The translations under genes were made by a program, and so were the position numbers. A stretch of DNA of 64,000 nucleotides, taken from assembly GCF_963921235.1 (NCBI RefSeq), contig NC_086097.1, positions 172,424,001 through 172,488,000 of the forward strand. Reading direction: 5' to 3'. This DNA comes from Mobula hypostoma (taxonomy: Eukaryota). The notes under the pieces were generated by a model. It ran no database searches and had not been told where the DNA came from. It was given only the letters and a program-made list of their open reading frames with translations. Of the stretch, positions 25,693 through 35,790 are shown one piece after another; within the stretch, counting starts at the first letter, position 1, and each line of letters opens with the position of its first letter.

Positions 25693-26670
25693 AGATAGAT
25701 AGATAGATAGATATACTTCATTGATCCCGAGGGAAATTGGGTTTCGTTACAGCTGCACCAACCAAGAATAGAGCATAAATATAGCAGTACAAGAACCACA
25801 AACAATCAAACAACAAAATGCAAACTATGCCAGATGGAAAATAAGCCCAGGACCAGCCTATTGGCTCAGGGTGTCTGACCCTCCACGGGAGGAGCTGCAC
25901 GTTCGACGGCCACAGGCAGGAACGACCTCCCGTGCCGCCCAGTGTTGTATCTCGGTGGAATATGGCCGAAGTCCAACAGTAAAAAGTTCAATATCCAGTC
26001 TACAAACACGTTCCTCGATCATAATATGACCCGGATTGCACCATCTGTTGTTAAGCAGAACAGTAAGCACCCAACTCCTTCACGCTTACCGCTCTCAGTG
26101 CACTTCCGGTCAGCCCAAACGGTCTGGAAGTCCTCCATACAAAAGTTTTGATCGGGTATGTCCTCGTGCAGCCCCGTTCCAGTGAAACACATAACATTGC
26201 ACTCCCGAAATGTTCTCTGATGCCTGGCTAGCACCGTGAACTCATCCTTTTTATTACCCACTGAACTCCTCTTCTCCATAAGTCTCTGTTGTCTCGACCC
26301 GGTCCTCTTTCCTCGACTTTGTGATTCCCCCTCTGCCTCCTCTGTGTGTTTTCCTCCAGATTTCAGCAGGGGTGTCCACCACTCTGCTCGCTAAACCGGC
26401 CGGCATAAGCGCAAGCAGCTTGTCCCTGGAATAAACAATGCGACCATACTTCTGTCCCGCTAATGAGACGTGTCGGAATGTAACTATTTCCAGCGCTAAA
26501 AACCCAAATAAAACTCTCTCTACCAGCATGTTAGAGAGGGTGCAGCTTCGACGTGTTACCGTGGAAAAAAATACAAAAATAACGTAAGTTAAAAAGTAAG
26601 AAGAAAAAGGTAAGAATACTGATCAGAACGGCTGTAACAGCCTGCATGCACGACCAGCGCATGCGCACTG
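25693..26670 (-). mobile_element. Internally deleted non-autonomous Rex/Babar-type element retaining both ends
   Basis: YSRDKLLAL..RGGRGG N-terminus, APE start RECNVMCFT..ADRKCTESGKR..IELFTVGLRPY, then directly a 3'UTR ending in (CTAT)n. Confidence 0.8.
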
Positions 26671-27279
26671 ATCATGGGTTCCTAGTTTTGAGAATGTTTT
26701 GTTTCATAGTGTCACTCAGTTGAACCATTGATATTCTGTTGGAATTCCTCTGTATAAACTCTGTTTGTCATCTCTACATGGGAGTATGTATTTTCTCCAC
26801 ATTAGACTCCCATCATTGAGACATATTCATTTAACACTATTTTATCCTTGATATGTTTGAGTTTGCCAATGCAATCCTTGAACACTGCTGTGACATCATC
26901 CAGTACTTTTCTTAATTTGCTTTCAGTTGACTCTATTGCAGGGATGTAGCGTGCAAACGTTGGATGGATCTCCAAACAAGTTGCATTTGTCTCAGCCAAT
27001 CATAACCCTACAATGCTGACCTCTGTTTTTGCCACATACATATAGTCATAATGTGGCTTGCTGTGTTTCACTGTTATGAATATCATTCCCACAGGAGTTA
27101 TCTTTTTTCCAGTATAAGTTCTTAGTTGGATATCTGCAGGCTTTAGTTCAGTATCCACGAAGTGCTACTCAGACACATTTTTTTGAATGACTGAAACCTG
27201 AGCCAGTGTCCAATTCTATGTTAATTAATTTTCCATTCACTTCTGGTGTAAGCCATATTGCTTGTCTCTTAAAAATACA

Positions 27280-27442
27280 TTAGGGTCGTTTAAGAGACAC
27301 TTAGATGGTTACATGGAGCTTAGAAATATAGAGGTCTATGCGGTAGGGAAATTCTAGGCAGTCTCTAGAGTAGGTTATATGGTCAGTGCAACATTGTGGG
27401 ATGAAGGGCCTGTAATGTGTTGTAAATTTCTATGTTCTATAT
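27280..27442 (+). mobile_element. CR1 3' end inserted between Gypsy gag and protease
   Basis: TTTAAGAGAC..ACATGGAGCTTAG..GAAGGGCCTGTAATGTG..TTCTATGTTCTA. Confidence 0.85.
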
Positions 27443-27991
27443 TCTTGTCAGTTTTCATATTGTAAATCTCAGGCTACTCAGTCTGTCATTTCAATTATCA
27501 GACTCTTCATCAACAGCATACAGATTAGTGTCTTTTTGAAGCTCCATCTTGACTTTTTAAAATCTTTTTCACTTCCCTGGACATTCCATTATTTCTGTCG
27601 GCCGACATGCTCTATAATATGTATCCTACTTCACCACATTTTCTGCAAGTTTTTCTCCTTTAACCCTGCATTGGTCTGGAGTGTGTGAGCTCTGCCATAA
27701 CGGTAACACAATCTGTTTGGTCTGGAAGGTTTCTGTTTAGACATTACAATTTTGTTCACGTTGACTTTCATTCCTGACTGCGACTCCCTTGTGTCTCTGG
27801 CTGCTGTTTCCATTGATACAACAATTTCACCTGTTCTTTTAATTACAAGTTGTGCTTAAGATAGGAGCCACTTTGTAAGATTTCACAAACTAAACTATCT
27901 TTCAGTGCATTATCAAGCTCATCACTGAGCTGACGATACTTAGACAATTTCTTCAATTCAGCCACGTAAGCTGAAATGGCCTTCCTTATCC

Positions 27992-30921
27992 CAGACCCTT
28001 CCACACCTTCGGGACACTTTCTTCGCCGTCTGTAATGGTCCTACCCGTTATTTCATCCTCCGTCGGATTCACGCCTGCAATCGCCGTTTTTTTGACTTTG
28101 TCATGTTAGGCAAAGATCGCAAGATCCTACATCTACGGACTCCAGAGCCTGCCGGCCCCGACGCTAGCAGGCATGAACTTCAAATTGCGGCCCCTGCCAT
28201 TGATCTCGGCGGCTCCAACACCTCAGGACATATTCAAAACCCGGACTCCAGCAATGACCATGGACACATTCGAAGTGATTGCGCAACCACCAACTGCGAC
28301 TCCAGCCTTGAACTCCAGGCCGGGTCTTTATGTGCTGCTATTGTGACTCCCGTCTCCCCTTCCCCCACCAATACTCTGCAATCCCGTCTCCTTCAGATCC
28401 CATCGTCAGCTCCTGGGTCCTCAGAGGCTCCATCTTCCTCTCAGCCCAACCATCTGCTCTCCACTGACACCCCCAGCCTCCCCCCTCCCGCCTCTGATCC
28501 CAGCTCTCAAAATTCCAGCCTTGAACTCCAGGCCGGGTCTTTATGTGCTGCTGTTGTGACTCCCGTCTCCCCTTCCCCCACCAATACTCTGCAATCCCGT
28601 CTCCTTCAGATCCCATCGTCAGCTCCTGGGTACTCAGAGGCTCCATCTTCCTCTCACCCCAACCCTCCCCTCTCCATTGACACCCCCAGCCTCCCCCCTC
28701 CCCGCTCTGATCCCAGCTCTCATCCGTGCCGGGTCTTTACCATCCCCTCCGACCTTCAACTGTCGGAGGCAGAACGCTCTGTCCTCGGTAAGGGCCTCAC
28801 GTTTGTCCCCCTTCGCCCACACCTCAGCGAGTTCCGTGTTCGCCACGATGCGGAACTTTTCTTCCGCCGTCTCCGTCTCCGAGCCTACTTCTTCGGCAAG
28901 GACTCTTCCACCCCCACCGATGACCCCTTCTCCCGTCTTCAACCCTCCTCTTCTTCATGGACACAGCGCTCTGGTCTTCTGCCTGCTCTGGATCTCTTTA
29001 TTGCTAACTGCCGACGGGACATCAACCGTCTCGACTTCACCGCACCTTGTTCCTATTCCAACCTCACTCCTTCGGAACGCTCTGCTCTCCACTCCCTCCG
29101 CACTAATCCTAACCTTATTATTAAACCCGCTGATAAGGGAGGTGCTGTTGTAGTCTGGCGTACTGACCTCTACCTTGCCGAGGCGCAGCGACAACTCGCG
29201 GATACCTCCTCTTATTTACCCCTCGATCGTGACCCCAATAAGGAGCACCAGGCCATTGTCTCCCACACCATCACCGACTTTATCCGCTCAGGGGATCTCC
29301 CATCCACTGCTACCAACCTTATAGTTCCCACACCCCGCACTTCCCGTTTCTACCTCCTACCCAAGATCCACAAACCTGCCTGTCCTGGCAGACCTATTGT
29401 CTCAGCTTGCTCCTGCCCCACCGAACTCATTTCTGCATACCTCGACACTGTATTATCACCCCTTGTTCAATCCCTTCCGACCTATGTTCGTGACACTTCT
29501 CACGCTCTTAAACTTTTCGATGATTTTAAGTTCCCTGGCCCCCACCGCTTTATTTTCACCATGGATGTCCAGTCCTTATATACTTCCATCCCCCATCAGG
29601 AAGGTCTCAAAGCTCTACGCTTCTTTTTGGATTCCAGACCTAATCAGTTCCCCTCTACCACCACTCTGCTCCGTCTAGCGGAATTAGTCCTTACTCTTAA
29701 TAATTTCTCCTTTTGCTCCTCCCATTTCCTCCAAACTAAAGGTGTAGCTATGGGCACCCGTATGGGTTCTAGCTATGCCTGCCTTTTTGTTGGGTTTGTG
29801 GAACAATCTATGTTCCGTGCCTATTCTGGTATCTGTCCCCCACTTTTCCTTCGCTACATCGATGACTGCATTGGCGCTGCTTCCTGCACGTATGCAGAAC
29901 TCGTTGACTTTATTAACTTTGCCTCCAACTTTCACCCTGCCCTCAAGTTTACCTGGTCCATTTCCGACACCTCCCTCCCCTTTCTAGATCTTTCTGTCTC
30001 TGTCTCTGGAGACAGCTTATCCACTGATGTCTACTATAAGCCTACTGACTCTCACAGCTATCTGGACTATTCCTCTTCTCACCCTGTCTCTTGCAAAAAC
30101 GCCATCCCCTTCTCGCAATTCCTCCGTCTCCGCCGCATCTGCTCTCAGGATGAGGCTTTTCATCCTAGGACAAGGGAGATGTCTTCCTTTTTTAAAGAAA
30201 GGGGCTTCCTTCCTCCACTATCAACTCTGCTCTTAAACGCATCTCCCCCATTTCACGTACATCTGCTCTCACTCCATCCTCCCACCACCCCACTAGGAAT
30301 AGGGTTCCCCTGGTCCTCACCTACCACCCCACCAGCCTCCGGGTCCAACATATTATTCTCCGTAACTTCCGCCACCTCCAAAGGGATCCCACCACTAAGC
30401 ACATCTTTCCCTCCCCCCCTCTCTCTGCATTCCGCAGGGATCGCTCCCTACACAACTCCCTTGTCCATTCGTCCCCCCCATCCCTCCCCACTGATCTCCC
30501 TCCTGGCACTTATCCGTGTAAGCGGAACAAGTGCTACACATGCCCTTACACTTCCTCCCTTACCACCATTCAGGGCCCCAAACAGTCCTTCCAGGTGAGG
30601 CATCACTTCACCTGTGAGTCGACTGGGGTGATATACTGTGTCCGGTGCTCCCGATGTGGCCTTTTATATATTGGTGAGACCCGACGCAGACTGGGAGACC
30701 GCTTTGCTGAACATCTACGCTCTGTCCGCCAGAGAAAGCAGGATCTCCCAGTAGCCACACATTTTAATTCCACATCCCATTCCCATTCTGACATGTCTAT
30801 CCACGGCCTCCTCCACTGTAAAGATGAAGCCACACTCAGGTTGGAGGAACAACACCTTATATTCCGTCTGGGTAGCCTCCAACCTGATGGCATGAACATC
30901 GACTTCTCTAACTTCCGCTAA
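27992..30921 (+). pseudogene. Penelope polyprotein (RT, Cys-rich linker, GIY-YIG endonuclease) with one 1-bp frameshift at ~30208
   Basis: KGLTFVP, KPADKGGAVV, YLLPKIHK..GRPIVS, MDVQSLYTSI, GVAMG, RYIDD; after the shift CKRNKCYTC and VIYCVRCSRCGLLYIGET; frame is open back to the insertion junction. Confidence 0.93.
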
Positions 30922-31216
30922 GGCCCCACCTCCCCCTCGTACCCCATCTGTTACTCATTTTTATGCACACATTCTTTCTCTCACTCTACTTTTTCTCCCT
31001 CTGTCCCTCTGAATATACCTCTTGCCCATCCTCTGGGTCACCCCCCCCCTTGTCTTTCTTCCCGGACCTCCTGTCCCATGATCCTCTCTTATCCCCTTTT
31101 GCCTATCACCTGTCCAGCTCTCGGCTCTATCCCTCCCCCTCCTGTCTTCTCCTATCATTTTGCATCTCCCCCTCCCCCTCCAACTTTCAAATCCCTTACT
31201 CACTCTTCCTTCAGTT

Positions 31217-31252
31217 AGTCCTGACGAAGGGTCTCGGCCTGAAACGTCGACT
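31217..31252 (+). ncRNA. Minimal type-I hammerhead ribozyme in the Penelope pLTR
   Basis: AGTCCTGACGAAGGGTCTCGGCCTGAAACGTCGACT; GUC at 31246-31248. Confidence 0.88.
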
Positions 31253-33257
31253 GCACCTCTTCCTATAGATGCTGCTTGGCCTGCTGCGTTCACCAGCAAC
31301 TTTGATGTATGTTGCTTGAATTTCCAGCATCTGCAGAATTCCTGTTGTTTTCCTTATCTTTTGATTCCTCTGATGAAACCTAAAGCATTCTGCAATCAAC
31401 AGTGGTTTTGGTTCTAAATGTTCCTGCATTATGTCCACAATATCAGAAATGTTCATTTTAGCTGGTTTGATTGGAACAATTAAACTTCTAAGCAAGCTGT
31501 ATGCTTTTCCACCAATTGCACTCTGCAACACTGGCACATGTTTTTTTTTATTGGCTATTTCATTTGCCTCAAATACTGATCAATTTGTTCTGTATACATC
31601 ATCCAGTTATCTGTCTGTCTATCTTTTCAACATAACCAGCCATTTCTGCTTTTTTAAAATTCATTATTATTATCACCCAGTACTCGCTGTTTATGAACCC
31701 ATGGCTGTACTCCGTTACCTTCTCACCAGAACTTGTATTCAAACTTGGCTCTCTAGCTAACTCTGCTATAGGCCATGTAACTCGGTGGTGAGAAGGCCAC
31801 CTTTCATAAACAATATGCGTCTAGTGTCAGTATGGTTGGGGGTTCAACCAAATAGGAATGTCATGATGTTCTGATTAAAGGAACCTCGATTGGAGAGAAT
31901 GCTATGTAAATACTACCTATACAGAATTATTTGTCAGCAAGAAAAAACAGATTGTACACCACATAAAATTATTAAAAAAAAGTATATTTACCAATTTCAG
32001 CTTTATCAAACAGTTAATAGGAAAAATAAAAAAGAAGAAAAGAAAAGGACCCATTACAGTTACACCGGTCCAATTTGGACATAATGTTGGAGCTCACACT
32101 GGAGCCATTGGGAGTGTATCCCCTTACTCACTGGCTGGACCCACAGTCTGTGTGAAAGCACTCATCATATTCTGAAGTTCCCTCAAAGTCCATCTCGAAC
32201 AAACTGGTTCTCTCTCTGGAGTACTAGCCCTTCCTCCTTGGAGCCATTCATCTGCACAATGCACTTCTTGCAATGGGGACGCTCCCTCCAATGGCACTCT
32301 GTGGCATCTTCCCTTGTGGCCCATTCCACAGCTTCCGCCAAAAGACCCCAAACCAGACTACTGTCCATCACAAATCACTCTCTACCCAGCGTTCTCTAGA
32401 AACTTCTCCTGATCCCATCATCCTAAGTGGCTGAAACAGCATTCCTAAGTTGAACAACAGGGCTTCTTATCTTTACCCGAAAAAAAACCTATTCTACCAG
32501 CAGGACACTTTGCTTTTACAGAAAACTGCTAAAATGAAATAGCTACAGCATAGCAGTAGTAATCTCATTACAACTTGTTGCTTGCTAACTTCATTCGTTT
32601 CCTGCCTTTTTTTACTCGAATATCTCTACCCTAATGAGGAAAAACATGCTGTGCACTTTTTTGACTCGAAGGTCTCACTTCCTTTCCTATAAAAAATGTA
32701 CCACACTTTTTAAACTCAAATATCTTTCTCTCTCTCTAGCTCCTGCTGAAGAAAAATGGCTGCAATTCAACAGGTAGGTAGTCATCACAGGTTCATTTTA
32801 AAACTTCCTCAGTGCCACTGTTATGTTTCTAACTCCAGAAAATAATTAAAATAAAACCACACAGACCAGGGATGTGTCTATTTAGTTTTTCTTCTTTGAT
32901 GAGGTGCACACATATGACCTAGTGGCATAATGACATATGCCATTCATATACTTCTAATATATAACTCATAATGGATTATGTAAACAAACTGAATGCTTAA
33001 TTAGTCAATATATTTACAATATTACTCAAATTTTAAATGCGCCACATTTGAGTAGGCTAAGACTTCATTATTTAAAGTGCAGGAGTCTGAGGGATATCTT
33101 CATAGACCAATATAAGATCAAAGGGAGCATAGAAAGGGTAAATGCACACAGTCTTTTTCCCAAAGAAAGCAAATCAAAAACTTAGGGATGTAAGGTGAGA
33201 GGGGAAAGATTTAAAAGGGACAGAGGGTGGTTGTGCATATGGAATAAACTGCCAGAG

Positions 33258-34848
33258 GAGGACATTAGAAGGGCCTTCCTGAAGATAAATCCAAGGAAGG
33301 CGACGGGCCCAGATGGCGTCCCGGGACGGGTTCTCCAGGCCTGTGCAAGTGAGCTAGCTGAAGTGTTTGCTGACATCTTCAACTGCTCCTTGCTTCAGTC
33401 TAAGATCCCCTTGTGTTTCAAGAAGGCAACGATAATCCTGGTGCCAAAGAAGAGCAAGGTGGCATGCCTGAATGACTATCGACCTGTGGCTCTGACATCA
33501 ATTGCTATGAAGTGCTTTGAGAGATTGGTTATGGTGCACATCAACCACAGTCTACCAGTCAATCTCGATGCTTTGCAATTTGCCTACTGGAGCAACAGGT
33601 CAATGGCAGATGCCATCTCTCTGGCCCTACATTCCTCCTTAGAACACCTGGAGAATAAAGACACATACATAAGGTTCCTTTTCATTGACTACAGCTCTGC
33701 CTTTAATACCATTATGCCAAATAACTTGATTCCTCAGCTCCGGAACCTGGGCCTTAGCACTCAGATCTGCAGCTGGATCTTCAGCTTCCTCACAGACAGG
33801 ACCCAGGCTGTAAAAATAGGGGACAAACTCTCCTCTACAATCACTCTGAGCACCGGTGCCCCACAAGGCTGTGTACTCAGCCCCCTGCTGTACTCACTGT
33901 ACACCCATGGTTGTGTAGCCAAGTTTCCATCAAACTCAATATATAAGTTTGCTGATAACACAACAATTGTAGGCCGTATCTTGGGTAATGATGAGTTTGA
34001 TTACAGAGAGGAAATTAAGAACCTAGTGGTATGGTGCGAAGACAATAACCTATCCCTTGACGTCAGCAAGACGAAGGAATTGGTTGTTGACTTCAGAAGG
34101 AGTAGCGGACCACACGACCCAATTTACATCGGTGGTGCGCAAGTGGAACAGGTCAAAAGCTTTAAGTTCCTCGGGGTCAATATCACAAATGACCTGACTT
34201 GGACCAACCAAGCAGAGTCCACTGCCAAGAAGGCCCACCAGCGCCTTTACTTCCTGAGAAAGCTAAAGAAATTTTGACTGTCCCCAAAAATCCTCACTAA
34301 TTTTTATAGATGCTCCGTAGAAAGCATTCTTCTAGGGTGCATCACAACCTGGTATGGAAGTTGTCCTGTCCAAGACTGGAAGAAGCTGCAGAAGATCGTG
34401 AACACGGCGCAGCACATCACACAAACCAATCTTCCATCCTTGGACTCACTTTACACTGCACGCTGTCAGAGCAGTGCTACCAGGATAATCAAGGACACGA
34501 CCCACCCAGCCAACACACTGTTCATCCCTCTTCCCTCCGGGAGAAGGCTCAGGAGCTTGAAGACTCGTACGGCCAGATTTGGGAACAGCTTCTTTCCAAC
34601 TGTGATAAGACTGCTGAACGGATCCGGACCCAGATCTGGGCTGTACCCTCCAAATATCCAGACCTGCCTCTCAGTTTTTTTTTGCACTACCTTACTTCCC
34701 ATTTTCTATTTTCTATTTATTATTCATAATTTAAATTTTTAATATTTACTATCGATTTGTACTCCAGGGAGCGGGAAGCGCAGAATCAAATATCGCTGTG
34801 ATGATTGTCCGTTCTAGTATCAATTGTTTGGAGACAATAAAGTATAAA
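33258..34848 (+). mobile_element. Young 5'-truncated Rex/Babar LINE (RT plus C-terminus) inserted in a CR1 3' end
   Basis: [54 protein letters not shown]; frameshift ~34270; CR1 CTGCCAGAGGA|AGTGGTTGAGG rejoins across it. Confidence 0.93.
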
Positions 34849-35487
34849 GGAAGTGGTTGAGGTGAGTACAGTAACAATACTTAAAGAGAGTTAGGCAGGT
34901 ATATGTATAAGAAAGGATTAGAGGGATATGGGCAGAAATAGGCAAATGACACTATGTATCTTGCTCAGCATGGACACCTTGGGCCAAAGTGCCTGTTGTT
35001 GTGCTCTATTACACCATGAGTCTTTAACTCGGTGAAGGTGATGGTGTGGTAATATATTTAAAAATCAAGATGGTAACTGCATTGAAGGGCAACTTCCATG
35101 ACATTGTTACTTAAATAGGGGTCTATTACTATATACCATACTTGGGTGTGATCTTACTCATGCTTTGTACAATGTGGTAAGATCTTACTCCCTTGTGCAT
35201 AAATGTACTTGTGCATCCGAAATTCAACTCAACTTTGACTTTCCTGTAAATAATAGAGTCAGCATTTCAGGCTGGAGATCCTTCATCAGAACCATGTACT
35301 ATTAACAGATGGGAGATTAACTCTGATGACATAATTGATAATTACCTCTCCAATTTCCTCCCATATTCCAAACACCTATGTAAGAATGCAAACAACAGGA
35401 ATTCTGCAGATGCTGGAAATTCAAGCAACACACATCAAAGTTGCTGGTGAACGCAGCAGGCCAGGCAGCATCTCTAGGAAGAGGTAC

Positions 35488-35523
35488 AGTCGACGTTTCA
35501 GGCCGAGACCCTTCGTCAGGACT
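35488..35523 (-). ncRNA. Minimal type-I hammerhead ribozyme
   Basis: Exact reverse complement of the 36-nt motif at 7305 and 31217. Confidence 0.88.
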
Positions 35524-35754
35524 AACTGAAGGAAGAGTTAGTAAGAGATTTGAAAGTGGGAGGGGGAGGGGGAGATCCAAAATGATAGGAGAAGACAGGG
35601 GGGGGGGGGGATGGATATATGGCTGTGATAGTGAGTCTGAGTCAAAATGTGGTCGAAAAGTTGAAGAGTCCTCCCCCTCCTGTCTTCTCCGATCATTTTG
35701 GATCTCCCCCTCCCCCTCCTACTTTCAAATCTCTTACTCACTCTTCCTTCCGTT

Positions 35755-35790
35755 AGTCCTGACGAAGGGTCTCGGCCTGAAACGTCGACT
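35755..35790 (+). ncRNA. Minimal type-I hammerhead ribozyme
   Basis: Identical 36-nt motif. Confidence 0.88.

Larger units (their letters stand above)
23965..26823 (+). mobile_element. Pair of diverged LTR-like direct repeats with a short non-coding interior
   Basis: Copies start TGTAATAAGCTCTCC (23965) and TGTAATGAGCTCTCC (25506) and align through ..CTCCACATTAGA..CATCATTG once nested inserts are removed; PPT-like AGGGAGAGG at 25492-25500. Confidence 0.55.
27991..31349 (+). mobile_element. Near-complete Neptune-type Penelope-like element, 5'-truncated, with 9-bp TSD
   Basis: TSD TTCCTTATC at 27982-27990 and 31350-31358; Gypsy gag frame FHQRNQK-IRKAISAYVAELKKL rejoins across it; RT, GIY-YIG and pLTR present. 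Confidence 0.96.
22060..33040 (-). mobile_element. Decayed Gypsy LTR retrotransposon (gag-PR-INT, RT/RNase H deleted) hosting many nested insertions
   Basis: gag start ~31643 and AYSLLRSL..EPKPLLIAECFRFH; protease VNGKLINIELDTG at ~27195-27245; integrase LEELH..HLGMVKMK, RIHVDFAG, LVSDNG, SAPYHP; PBS-like TGGCACTGAGG at 32807-32817 next to a CA-ending LTR-like segment 32819-~33040. Confidence 0.88.

Noticed and set aside
30185..30200. Programmed -1 frameshift at TTTTTTAAA in the Penelope ORF
   Set aside because: No properly phased slippery heptamer, and the -1 frame hits TAA immediately; the real break is a 1-bp loss at ~30208
31800..32570. Solo LTR within the Gypsy leader
   Set aside because: Probably an insertion, but I could not define termini or a TSD, so it is left unassigned
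33195..34742. Host protein gene from the 360-aa ORF or similar CTVESIL..WYG ORFs
   Set aside because: These are Rex/Babar RT and C-terminal domains repeated across the window; the N-terminus of the 360-aa ORF is CR1 read-through
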